Notes: a model not told the origin generated them from the letters alone. 64,000 bases of DNA from Octopus sinensis (GCF_006345805.1 NC_042999.1:160890001-160954000); one strand, 5' to 3'; positions 41,058-49,686 are shown, numbered from the stretch's first letter. Made by a program: numbers and translations.

Positions 41058-44000
41058 AAAACATGGCTAGGTTTCAAAAAAAGCACCACCTAAATGGGGA
41101 ATTGATTCTGTAATAAATTTTCTTTTGTAGATTTGTATCATAATAGGTTTCAAACATAATTTTGGCAAAAAAAAAAATCAAGAATGAAACAGCTTCATCA
41201 GGTTACAAACTCCAAACAGAAATGAACGGTCTAGAGAAAAAACAAAAAAGGAAACATTAATCTTTTAAAGAATCTTTTAGATGAATTGTAATCTCAGACA
41301 TTCTAAAAACTAGGAGTGTTCATCATAGAAATACTTGAAAAATATGAGGAATGAGTACCAAAACAATTCTGGCTATGTAGTAAGAGGTTGCTTCTCAAAC
41401 ACATGGTTCCAGGTTCAGTCCCACTGCGTGGTACCTTGGGCAGGTGTCTTTCTTCTATTATAGCCTTGGGCTGACCAAAGACTTGTCAGTGGATTTGGTT
41501 GATGGAAACTGAAAGAAGCTTGTCGTATATGTGTGTGTGTGTGTGAGTGTGTGTGTTTGTCCCACACCACTGCTTGACAACCAGTATTGGTGTGTTTATA
41601 TCCCCATAACTTGGCTGTTTGGCCGAAGAGACCGATAGAATAAGTATTAGGCTTAAAAAAAATCGTAGGGTCAATTTGTTCAACTAAAACCCTTCAAGGC
41701 AACGCCCCAGCATGGCCACAGTCAAATGACTGAAACAAGTAAGAGGTAAATGATACATACTCTTTTACTCTTTTACTTGTTTCAGTCATTTGACTGTGGC
41801 CATGCTGGAGCACCGCCTTTAGTCGAGCAAATTGATCCTGGGACTTATTCTTTGTAAGCCCAGTACTTATTCTATCGGTCTCTTTTGCCGAACTGCTAAG
41901 TGACAGGGACGTAAACACACCAGCATCGGTTGTCAGGCAATACTAGGGGGACAAACACAAACACACACACACATATATATATATATACATATATACGACA
42001 GGCTTCTTTCAGTTTCCGTCTACCAAACCCACTCACAAGGCATTGGTCGGCCCGGGGCTATAGCAGAAGACACTTTCCCAAGATGCCATGCAGTGGGACT
42101 GAACCCGGACACCTCTTCTATCATCACCCCCCCCCCACCTGCCATCACACTCGCTTCGATATTCTCTCAGCTTCAATCCTCCACTCTAGTCATTATTTCT
42201 TCTGTAATACTCTTGTTCCCTTCACCTCCTCTTGTTTGTCTGTCATTACCTATTCTTCTCATCTTGGTCACATTGCCTTGAATGGACGATATAGAGCAGT
42301 GAGGTAGAAGGTAACCTCATCATCATCATTGTTCGACCGTGGTCGAGACAATGGAATTTACCATGCTACGCCAGACTTCACGGTCCATCATAGCATTACG
42401 GAGGTCCTGTTGCTGGATGCCTGTATCCCTGGAGATTACATCAGGGTAGGAGAGTGTGCGCCCTCTGGTATTGCGAGTAGATAACTTCCAGAGGAGAAGA
42501 GCAGAAATTACCTCTTTTTCTGCCCTACAACAATGTCCAGCAAACTGGACTCTCTTACCTTTCACAAGAGATGACACAGGTGGTAGTTTCCCATATATTT
42601 GCATTTTGGTTGGATGGCGCTTCCACGAGAGATTTTGAGCTCTCATAAGGAGGCGAATGTAGGTTCCATCCAACCGCCTCACAAGCTTCTTTGATAACGT
42701 CCAGGTTTCTGAGCCATATAGTAGAATTGGTTCAATTGTGGCTTTGAAGATTTCAAGTTTGAAGTCTCTACTTAGATTTGATGACCAGATCTTATGCATG
42801 TCATTACAGGTAATCTCACTTGTACTGGTAGCATGGGAAAATGCACACAGGAAGGATCACAGATAAATATATGGTTCAGAGGGCCTTTTAGTCTTTTAGA
42901 AGATATAACAACTTAACTTCTTTTGTACTGGCATCACAGTAAAATGTACTCATTATATTCTGTGAAGTGATTTGTGTTAGGAAGGGCATCCAACAATATC
43001 AAATAAACTAATAAGGGAATATACAAACAAGATATGGTCCTCCAGCCCGTCTAGGTGGAGAGTGTCTCTGAATATAGACTGCCATGTCCAACTCATTCCA
43101 GGATGGAAAGCAGATGTAAAATGATAATGTTATATGACAAATATTCATAATATATATATATATGTTGCACTAATAAATCGCTATCAAATGATTCTAGGTT
43201 GTCCATTTATCAGATGTTCTTCCTAGAGGTAAGACAAATGTTTTTCATGTTTGTTGCACACACGTGTCTTTGCTAGTATATACGCAGTGAAGCTATACAA
43301 TAGTGTCGTATTTATTTGGATTGCTATTTTCCAGTAAATATTGGTGCCTTGTTGTACCATTTTACTACTATATATATATATATGTAGTGGGTGCTTTTTT
43401 TTTTGTGCGGGTGGCACGTAAAAAGCACCCACTACACTCACGGAGTGGTTGGCATTAGGAAGGGCATCCAGCTGTAGAAACACTGCCAGATCAGACTGGG
43501 CCTGATGCAGCTTTCTGGCTTCACAGACCCCAGTTGAACCGTCCAACCCATGCTAGCATGGAAAGCGGACGCTAAATGATGATGATGATGATGATGATAT
43601 ATGTAGAGAGAAAGTGGGAAGAAGGCATATATACTGGAAAATTAAGATAAACACCAGTATAAATATTTAGTGCCTTATTGCATTTTGTTAAAGAGATCTC
43701 TGTAACAAAATGCAATAAGGAACTAAATATGTATATTGCTGTTTATCTTAATTTTTCACTAGATGTGCTCTATATATAACTAGAAACACTATTAAGTACA
43801 GTAGTTGACTAACCACTAAAGTGGAAGCTGAGTGGATACGTGTAGCTTAACTCATACAACAGTTGTAGTGTTGTACCCCGTCACACACATAATCTGTCCT
43901 CTGTCAAAACCCTCACACTCTGTGTCCAGCTCAGTCCTCATCTCTAACACTATTTCTAACACTAATTACATGCATTTCCAAACTTACCTATCCACCAACC

Positions 44001-47000
44001 TTTTCAGTTCCTCTTTCTCTATTCTCTCTCTTACATTCCCCTGTATATTGAGGATATACCCCTGATCCCTCTCTCCTCTTTGCAAGTTCTTGTCCCAGTT
44101 CCTGTGCTTCTATCATACTTTCACCTGCTGAGGTAATTATGAAAAGCTATCAAAAGCTATCAAGACCAAACACCCAGGAAAACTAATGAATGGGGGTCTT
44201 GTTTCATCAGGACAATGCTCCAGCATGCAAGTCCCTAGTTTCAGCGTTTTTTGTCGTATGTGTGTGTGTGTGAGTGTGTGTGTGTTTGTCCCCAATCACT
44301 GCTTGACAACCAGTATTGGTGTGTTTATATCCCCATAACTTGGCAGTTTGGCCGAAGAGACTGATAGAATAAGTACTAGGCTTAAAAAAAAATTGTGGGG
44401 TCAATTTGTTCAACTAAAACCCTTCAAGGCAATGCCCCAGCATGGCCACAGTCAAATGACTGAAACAAGTAAAAGGTAAATGATACACCCATATCTTTAT
44501 TGAGGGTTATTGTCTTGAAGGTTCTACTCAAAGAAACCAACCCCAGTACTTATTTTTTAAGCCGAAGCTGCTAAGTTACAGGAACAAAAACCTGTGGCTT
44601 GGAACTGGTCGATCACCATCCCTAATCTCCTGATTTATTCCCATCTGACTATATTCACTCAGTTGTAAGTACTTGGTAACCTCACAAGTGCCAGAGCAAT
44701 GAAAAGAAGAACACCCAGTATATGCGTCACAGTGGTTGGTGTTAGGAATTGCATCCAGCTGTAGGAACCATGCCAAAGCAGACACTGGAGCTTGGCACAG
44801 TCCTCTGGCTCATTTGTTGAAGGCACCTGGCCCATGCCAGTATGGATGATGAAGGTTAGATTATGATAATGACGGTGTGTGTGTGTGTGTGTATGTGTGT
44901 GTGTGCGCACATGCTTGCATGTATCTGTGCATGTTCAGAAAATGCAAAAAGGAAAACTAAACAGTCATTTAATAATGGTTTCAATTTTTGGCACAAGGCC
45001 AGCAAGTTTGGCATAAGTGGGTACTTATTTTATTGATCCCGAAAGGATGAAAGGCAAAGTCAACCGTGGCGGGATTGGACTCAAAATATAAAGACAGATG
45101 ATATTGCCAGGCAGGCTAACAATTTTGCCAGCTTATGTTCATTCTCAATCTCTTTTTTTTTTGAGATTTTAGCTGTTATATGCATAATTATTTCATGTTT
45201 TGCAGAATTACTATTATGTAATTATTATAATTAATAAATAATATCATGTATATGATCATAGTCCTCCAGGCAATACCAGAGGAATTCAAGACAGGATGTC
45301 CCTTGGAGCTCCTCAATGCTGACGACCTTGCTCTAATTGCTGAGTCCCTATCAGAACTAGAGGAGAAGTTTCAGATGTGGAAACAAGGATTAGAATTGGA
45401 GGGCCTTAGAGTCAACCTTGCTAAAAAAGTCCTAATAAGTAGGAAGGCAGGCAAACCACAAATCCCTTCGGGCAGATGGCCCTGCTCAATCTGTAGAAAA
45501 GGCATAGGTAGAAACTCTTATAAGATGTACCCAATGTAAGCTATGGACACATAAGAGGTGCAGCAATATCAAAGGAAGGCTAACTGGGAAAATAGTTTTT
45601 GTATGTGGCAAATGCTCAGGAGCAATAAACAACTGAAAATGGGCAGAAAACAACTTCCGCCAAATTCCAGGGAGGAAAACTAGAAGTAGTTGAAAGCTTC
45701 TGTTACCCAGGTGACCAAGTCAGTAGTGGGGAAGGGTGCGCTGAAAGTGTAGCTGCTAGAATAAGAATAGCTTGGGCAAAATTCAGAGAGCTCTTACCTC
45801 TGCTGGTGACAAAGGGCCTCTCATTCATAGTAAAAGGTAGATTGTATGACACTTGTGTACGAACAGCCATGCTACATGGCAGTGAAACATGGGCCGTGAC
45901 TGCTGAAGATATGCGTAAGGTTGCAAGGAATGAAGCCAGTATGCTCCGATGGATGTGTAATGTCAGTGTGCATACTCGACAGAGTGTAAGTATCTTGAGA
46001 GAAAAGTTGGACCTAAGAAGCATCAGATGTGGTGTGCAAGAGAGATGACTGTGCTGGTATGGACATATGGCAAGAATAGCTGTGTGAACCTGTGGAAGAA
46101 GTAGACCCAGGAAGACCTGGGATGAGGTGGTGAAGCATGACCTTCGAACATTAGGCCTCACTGAGGCAATGACTAGTGACCGAGACCTTTGGAAATATGC
46201 TGTGCTTGAGAAGACCTGGCAAGCCAAGTGAGACTATAACCTCCTGGCCTATGCCAGGGGTGTAACCAGCCCACTTAGGTGTACCTTTCCTTCATTGGAC
46301 ACTAAACTCTGCTTGCGAAGACCTGTTGAGGCAAGTGAAATCGAAATCAAATTCGATGACTGGCATCTGTGCTAGTGGAGCATAAAGAGCACCATCCGAG
46401 CATGATCGTTTCCAGAGCAGCTAACTGGCTTCTGTGCTGGTGACATGTAAAAAGCACCATTCGAGCATGATCATTAAGTGTCGCCTTAGTGGCACTTGTG
46501 CCAGTGGCACGTGAAAAAACATTCGAGCGAGGTCATTCCCAGTGCTGCTGGACTGGTTCCTGTGCAGGTAGCACGTAAAAAACACCATTTGAGTGTGGCT
46601 GTTGCCAGTACCGCTTGACTGGCCCTCATGCCGGTGACATGTAAAAGCACCCACTACACTCTCGAAGTGGTTGGTGTTAGGAAGGGCATCCAGCTGTAGA
46701 GACTCTGCCAGATCAGATTGGAGCCTGGTGCAGCCATCTGGCCTGCCAGTCATGAGTCAAATCGTCCAACCCATGCCAGCATGGAAAGCAGACGTTAAAC
46801 AATGATGATGATGATGATGATGATATGTTGGTAACAGTTAGTAACAACTAATATTATTGACTATAATTAATGCTTTTAATTACCTTGGGAACTGGTATTG
46901 GTGTCACTGGAGGCTTGGGTGAATTAGGTAGACTGATGTTCCATTTGTCGTATGGATCCCCTGCATAAGTGCACTGTATGTTTAAAATTGTTGAACAAAT

Positions 47001-48721
47001 TTCTTTCGCAGTTAAATTACTTTTAGAAAGCACATAGAGGGTTTCAGGCTGAAAATTTGATAGAATAAACACATATATAGAATAGTAGCATTGTGTAATA
47101 TATTAAATATGCTTAAATATGATATAGAAAGATGCTTTTATACATACAAGGGGAGGCTGAAAAGTTCATAGACTTACCAAGACACCCTCACGGAATTTGA
47201 CCAAATAAAGTCTATTTTCCAACATAGCCCTGCTCCCCACTGTAGTCCACACACTTCTTCCATCGGTGTTGCAGTGCTTGGATCCCATTGGTGAAGCTTT
47301 TATCATGTTGGTCAAAAAATTCATGAACAGCAAATATGACATCATCATCACTGTGACACTGGTTCCCAACCAAGCACTTTTACATGTTAGGGAACAGGTG
47401 ATAGTCAGATGGGGCCAAATCAGGAACAGAGGGAGGGTGATCAACCAGTTCAAATCCACCCTCATGCACAGCAGCCATTGAAACCAGGGACTTATATGTT
47501 GGAGCATTGTCCTGATGAAACAAGGTCCCTTTCATTAGTTTTCCTCAGCATTTCATTTTGATAGCCTTTTGTAACTGCCTCAGCAAGTTGGCATAGTACT
47601 CTCCACTGATGCTTGGTCCTTTTGAAGAAAGTCAATAAACACACTGCCTTTTGCATCCCAAAAAACTGAGGCCATCACTTTCCCTGCAGATGAAATGACC
47701 TTGGCCTTCTTTGGAGCAGGTGAGGAGGAGTGTTTCCATTGCATTGATTGTTTCTTTGTTTCTGGGTCAAAATGACGTACCTAATACTCATACTGGTTTA
47801 GGAAACATTCAAGAAAACCAGCTGGACCTACTTCAAACCATGTCAGATCTGATCAACTTGGTGTGCCCTTGATTAGGTGTCAAATGTGACACCTACCAAA
47901 CAGAAACATTCGTCATGCCAAGTTCATTGTGCATAATATTCTCAACTCTCTCATGGGATATACTAAAAGCATAGGCTATTTGATTTATAGTTAACCCATC
48001 AGCTTGTGGTGAACACAATTAATGTTTTCCTTGATGGTGGCAGCTGCAGGATGTCCAGACCTGGGGTCATCTTCAACACCCTCCCTTCCCCTCCAAAATT
48101 CAGATGCTCACTTTTGCACGGTTGATAAACCTGGTATGACATCCCCTAATGTAGTGACCATGTCAACATGAATGTCCATAGGGGCTAAACCCTCTTTCTT
48201 CAGGTACTTGATAAACACCACCATGGCAAATTTTGTCCATTTTCAAAAGAAGTTGCTACTAGTTACTTTTGAAATTTTCTTTGAGCAGCCAGATGTCATT
48301 TTGCCCGGAAAGAAACACTGCAGTTATTAACAAGAAAAGAGTTGAAATTACTGCATGCATGATTTCACATCTCTAGCATCGCTCCTTCATAGTCAACCTA
48401 TGAACTTTCCAGCCCACCCTCCTATACATGTACATATATACTTTCAATGGGATATATAGTCTTTTAAGTAAATTAAAAGAACTGACACTTGTGACATTTG
48501 AATTCAGAACATAAAGGAACATAACTATGTAACACAAGACATCTTGTTTTGGCATTCCACTTACTTTACTGGTCACTACACACTCACTTGTCATATATAA
48601 ATGCATGTAGAGACAGACAGACAGACACACACACACGCACACACAAAGGAGAACAAGAATATTAAATTATATAAATAACTAGCATTATGACCTGTCTTTG
48701 CCGGGTCATAGTGCTAGTGCA

Positions 48722-48762
<41 letters not shown>

Positions 48763-49686
48763 ACATATTACATGTACATCTAAATATATATACATCTACA
48801 CATAAAATACAAAATACAAAGTTATATCTTGATATCACTAGTTATAACAATACTGAAAAAATATAACAGACTGGAATTGTAGGACTATTCCATTTCTGCA
48901 CGCTAATTTTATTTTTAATTTATTCTCATTCATGTGAAACCGCTTATTCAAGTTCAAGTCATTGATGCAATTTTATACCAATTGCTATTTTTACTTTTGT
49001 TATGTTATGATTATATTATACTTTAGTTTGATTTTAATTATTGCTTACTACATATAATTCAATTGTTATTATTATTTTTATTGTTAAAGTGAAAGTATCT
49101 GACATAAAATGGAGAAATGTTTTTGTTTCACTTTTAACACGTAATACTGAAATAGTGGAGAAGATATGATATTGCTACAGGCTCGCTCTAGGCAAGAAGT
49201 TGAACATTTTTTTTGCCGGACCCTAAGAAGTTGAACATTTTTTTGCCGGACCCTAAGTAAGGCATGTGTAAAATTTGAATGAAATTGGTTGTGTAGTTCT
49301 CAAGTTTTAGGGAAACACACAGACAGATAGACAGACAGACAGACACACGTTCTCAGTTTTATATATATATAGAGAGAGATAAAATGACACTAATATGAGT
49401 ATCAAAGTGTATTACTTACTTGGAATTCATCAACAACATCAGCACATACTTTACGACTTTCAATGTAGAAATGTATACAAGCTTCTTTGATGATTTGACC
49501 AATGAGTGAACTTTTGGGATTACTCTTCAATATCTTTCGGAAAAATACAATAGCTGATTCACAAGCAAGGCATTTCAGAGAAAGTTTCAAGGAACGCTTT
49601 TCTACTCGATGGTGAAGTGGAGAAGTTGTTACGAAAGCCACCCAAGCCACAAGCAAAACAGCCGGTATAACACAATAGAGTTTCAT
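452..49686 (-). CDS. SMPD1: Acid sphingomyelinase (sphingomyelin phosphodiesterase 1-like), 13 coding exons, 565 aa
   Basis: Exon lengths 267+165+124+107+170+111+81+88+83+202+90+95+115 = 1698 nt form one open frame; every intron is GT-AG with matching phase. Motifs TDIHLD (D157/H159), TGDLPPH (D230), GNHE (N270/H271), GHIPP (H377), GHTH (H411/H413); six-Cys saposin-B domain; Pro-rich linker. Confidence 0.95.
669..1766 (+). mobile_element. Internally deleted piggyBac derivative
   Basis: TTAA|CCCTTTCATTAC ... GTAACGAAAGGG|TTAA; internal transposase remnant ([17 protein letters not shown]-like) present twice at about 960-1060 and 1125-1240. Confidence 0.85.
2500..2920 (+). mobile_element. RTE-clade LINE fragment (end of RT plus Cys-rich segment)
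   Basis: [10 protein letters not shown]...[10 protein letters not shown]...[15 protein letters not shown]...WMHKRCS; same family as 45246-46823. Confidence 0.8.
2972..3191. mobile_element. TTAA-type (piggyBac) MITE, family 2
   Basis: TTGA|CCCTTTAGCATT ... AATGCTAAAGAG|TTAA; homologous to 7691-7895. Confidence 0.75.
4005..4427 (-). mobile_element. tRNA-derived SINE family A (octopus-type) with internal (TA)n
   Basis: Pol III A-box-like TGGCTGTGTGGTAAG and B-box-like GGTTCAGTCC; (AAAAGAGT)n tail; more than 20 copies in the window. Confidence 0.9.
4838..5149 (-). mobile_element. tRNA-derived SINE family B
   Basis: Head GTGGAGGCACAATGGCCCAGTGGTTAGGGCAGCGGACTC with B box GGTTTCGATTCCC; homologous to 6331-6718. 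Confidence 0.85.
5739..5833 (-). CDS. SMPD1: Coding exon 12
   Basis: tttcag|[31 protein letters not shown]+AA|GTAAGC. Confidence 0.9.
5963..6290 (+). mobile_element. Diverged tRNA-derived SINE family C
   Basis: tRNA-like head (GACTCAGTGGTTAG...GAGTTTGATTCC) plus a body homologous to the minus-strand copy at about 16240-16575. Confidence 0.65.
6331..6718 (-). mobile_element. tRNA-derived SINE family B with 11-bp target-site duplication
   Basis: CAGCATTACTT duplicated at 6320-6330 and 6719-6729. Confidence 0.9.
6990..7375 (-). mobile_element. Non-autonomous Helitron, family H1
   Basis: On the minus strand: A|TC 5' end and CTAG|T 3' end; homologous to 23718-24912. Confidence 0.85.
7691..7895. 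mobile_element. TTAA-type MITE, family 2
   Basis: TTAG|CCCTTAAGCATT ... AATGTTAAAGGG|TTAA; shares the internal CACCTACCCTACAATGTCATTCTAAAAATA with 2972-3191. Confidence 0.75.
8029..8117 (-). mobile_element. Helitron H1 5'-end fragment
   Basis: Near-identical to 7285-7375. Confidence 0.8.
8249..8338 (-). CDS. SMPD1: Coding exon 11
   Basis: tttcag|[30 protein letters not shown]|GTAAGT. Confidence 0.93.
8380..8515. repeat. (CAT)n microsatellite, tail of the adjacent retro-derived repeat
   Basis: Direct inspection; it begins about 40 bp from the exon 11 acceptor. Confidence 0.95.
9318..9349 (+). repeat. Interstitial telomeric-type repeat
   Basis: CTAGGG TAAGGG TTAGGG TTAGGG TTAGGG TT. Confidence 0.85.
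9515..9732. mobile_element. hAT (Charlie-like) MITE
   Basis: Ends CAGTGGTTTTCAA ... TTGAACAGCACTG; perfect 8-bp TSD GCCTAGAT. Confidence 0.9.
11255..11595 (-). mobile_element. 5'-truncated RTE 3'-UTR copy with (ATG)n tail
   Basis: Homologous to 46400-46823; further copies near 1838, 17640, 19250, 27362, 43400, 54330 and 61630. Confidence 0.75.
11716..11917 (-). CDS. SMPD1: Coding exon 10
   Basis: cctcag|(R)[23 protein letters not shown]...[18 protein letters not shown]|GTAAGT. Confidence 0.96.
12137..12557 (+). mobile_element. SINE family A, head slightly truncated
   Basis: Family consensus; CATTATAA occurs on both flanks as a possible TSD. Confidence 0.9.
13451..15669 (+). mobile_element. 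Decayed near-full-length piggyBac (PGBD4-like) transposon
   Basis: Transposase pseudogene at about 13596-15250 with stops and frameshifts: SIDK, VRNFYTS (catalytic D lost), VDKVDQQ, and C-terminal CAMC...[18 protein letters not shown]. Degenerate TIRs CCCCTTTCCTGGCAA / TTGCTGGGGAAGGGA (11/15), flanked by ATAA and TTAG. Confidence 0.88.
15765..16198 (-). mobile_element. Diverged SINE family A
   Basis: Family similarity over the full length. Confidence 0.85.
16806..17114 (-). mobile_element. Non-autonomous Helitron H1
   Basis: A|TC and CTAG|T termini; subterminal hairpin CCCGAGCAACGCTGGG. Confidence 0.88.
17502..17584 (-). CDS. SMPD1: Coding exon 9
   Basis: ttatag|[27 protein letters not shown]+AG|GTAACA. 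Confidence 0.95.
18022..18109 (-). CDS. SMPD1: Coding exon 8
   Basis: cgttag|(W)[29 protein letters not shown]|GTAAGT. Confidence 0.94.
18830..19050 (+). mobile_element. tRNA-like SINE family D ending in an (ATT)n tail
   Basis: GGCAGAATCGTTAG...GAGTTCAAATTCC head; related copies at about 10660, 18170, 19520, 19790, 44985, 56470 and 60920. Confidence 0.7.
20065..20450 (-). mobile_element. RTE LINE 3' fragment
   Basis: [36 protein letters not shown]...[13 protein letters not shown]. Confidence 0.8.
20450..21000 (+). mobile_element. 3' fragment of an RLE-type (R4/Dong-like) non-LTR retrotransposon
   Basis: [31 protein letters not shown] matches the EK..KY..L...W....P...GALG signature of restriction-like endonuclease domains; followed by (AAT)n. 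Confidence 0.7.
21000..21350. repeat. Compound (AAT)n / (AGT)n / (GAT)n microsatellite, about 350 bp
   Basis: Direct inspection. Confidence 0.97.
21685..21765 (-). CDS. SMPD1: Coding exon 7
   Basis: ttccag|(N)[26 protein letters not shown]+TG|GTAACT. Confidence 0.94.
21855..22351 (-). mobile_element. Diverged SINE family A with expanded (CA)n
   Basis: Family similarity; (CA)n at about 22045-22185. Confidence 0.8.
22372..23045. repeat. Tandem repeat, about 200-bp unit x 3.3
   Basis: GCCTTCTTGAATTTTCTG recurs at 22381, 22584, 22788 and 22979; each full unit contains a SINE head fragment and (TA)n. Confidence 0.93.
23210..23520 (-). mobile_element. RTE LINE 3' end with (TGA)n tail
   Basis: [24 protein letters not shown]...DREVWR; near-identical to 42316-42625. 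Confidence 0.88.
23718..24912 (+). mobile_element. Non-autonomous Helitron H1 carrying an internal satellite array
   Basis: A|TCTATATATATAAAA 5' end, (CTGT)n, hairpin CCCGAGCAACGCCGGG, CTAG|T 3' end. Confidence 0.9.
23868..24835. repeat. About 100-bp tandem repeat x 10 inside the Helitron
   Basis: GTCTACGA(TGAGTCTACGA)TTTAAAA markers at about 23868, 23967, 24067, 24167, 24265, 24357, 24458, 24558, 24660 and 24762. Confidence 0.95.
25360..25841 (-). mobile_element. Non-autonomous Helitron H1 with about 2 internal units
   Basis: A|TC and CTAG|T termini; homologous to 23718-24912. Confidence 0.88.
26078..26188 (-). CDS. SMPD1: Coding exon 6
   Basis: ttgcag|(S)[36 protein letters not shown]+AA|GTAAGC. 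Confidence 0.94.
27784..27953 (-). CDS. SMPD1: Coding exon 5
   Basis: ttctag|[16 protein letters not shown]...[12 protein letters not shown]+AG|GTGGGT. Confidence 0.96.
28545..28990 (+). mobile_element. Degenerate Tc1-like transposase fragment
   Basis: SEKKFIV...VMVF...LEKVL...FVQDSAP resembles DDE core motifs; several frame breaks. Confidence 0.55.
29181..29594 (+). mobile_element. SINE family A
   Basis: Full-length match to the family consensus. Confidence 0.92.
29950..30352 (-). mobile_element. SINE family A
   Basis: Full-length match to the family consensus. Confidence 0.92.
30529..30635 (-). CDS. SMPD1: Coding exon 4
   Basis: ctatag|(A)[35 protein letters not shown]|GTAATA. Confidence 0.94.
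30786..31005. mobile_element. 220-bp TTAA-type MITE, family 1
   Basis: TCAA|CCCTTTTGTTAC ... GTAACAAAAGGG|TTAA. Confidence 0.88.
31345..31785 (+). mobile_element. RTE 3'-UTR copy with a 61-62 bp minisatellite (about 4.5 units)
   Basis: C(C/G)GGTGGCAC recurs at 31358, 31419, 31480, 31542 and about 31605; (ATG)n tail. Confidence 0.85.
32201..32612 (+). mobile_element. SINE family A
   Basis: Full-length match to the family consensus. Confidence 0.92.
33090..33309. mobile_element. 220-bp TTAA-type MITE, family 1
   Basis: TTAA|CCCTTTTGTTAC ... GTAATGAAAGGG|TTAA. Confidence 0.9.
33990..35140. repeat. Inverted and partial copies of an unclassified ~270-bp repeat
   Basis: 33995-34256 is the reverse complement of about 34835-35100; a third diverged copy lies at about 40290-40560. 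Confidence 0.8.
37000..37108. mobile_element. hAT MITE
   Basis: CAGTGGTTCTCAAAC ... GTTTGAGAAACACTG with perfect 8-bp TSD TACTAATG. Confidence 0.9.
37291..37414 (-). CDS. SMPD1: Coding exon 3: first metal-binding motif
   Basis: ttgcag|[17 protein letters not shown]...CGEPLCCR...LP+G|GTAAGA, phase 1. Confidence 0.95.
37569..37964 (-). mobile_element. SINE family A
   Basis: Full-length match to the family consensus. Confidence 0.92.
39024..39463 (-). mobile_element. SINE family A
   Basis: Full-length match to the family consensus. Confidence 0.92.
39704..40078 (-). mobile_element. Diverged SINE family A
   Basis: Family similarity. Confidence 0.8.
41370..42110. mobile_element. Two SINE A copies tail-to-tail (41370-41750 plus; 41758-42110 minus)
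   Basis: Opposite orientations; tails less than about 15 bp apart. Confidence 0.85.
42316..42810 (-). mobile_element. RTE LINE 3' end
   Basis: 157-aa ORF 42326-42799 containing [14 protein letters not shown]...FAGHC...DREVWR; (TGA)n tail. Confidence 0.9.
43637..43757. repeat. About 120-bp palindrome centred on GAGATCTC
   Basis: 60-bp arms with about 6 mismatches. Confidence 0.88.
45246..46823 (+). mobile_element. 5'-truncated RTE-clade LINE with 3' UTR and (ATG)n tail
   Basis: [12 protein letters not shown] (RT YADD-like), [21 protein letters not shown]; frameshifted; the UTR carries the same minisatellite as 31345-31785. Confidence 0.88.
46884..47048 (-). CDS. SMPD1: Coding exon 2 (aa 90-144): end of saposin domain and Pro-rich linker
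   Basis: tttcag|PETLYVL...[11 protein letters not shown]...[20 protein letters not shown]|GTAATT. Confidence 0.93.
47147..48422 (-). mobile_element. Decayed mariner transposon
   Basis: TA-flanked related TIRs (GGCTGAAAAGTTCATAG / CTATGAACTTTCCAGCC); minus-strand [19 protein letters not shown] ([10 protein letters not shown] motif). Confidence 0.85.
48679..49379 (-). mobile_element. Non-autonomous Helitron, family H2
   Basis: On the minus strand: A|TCTCTCTCTATATATATATAAAACTGAG start, (GTCT)n, CTAG|T end inside a long hairpin; internal ~30-bp tandem duplication at 49195-49258. Confidence 0.75.
49420..49686 (-). CDS. SMPD1: Coding exon 1 (aa 1-89): signal peptide and N-half of saposin-B domain
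   Basis: [15 protein letters not shown]...KCLAC...EACIHF...[11 protein letters not shown], followed by donor GTAAGT. Confidence 0.93.
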
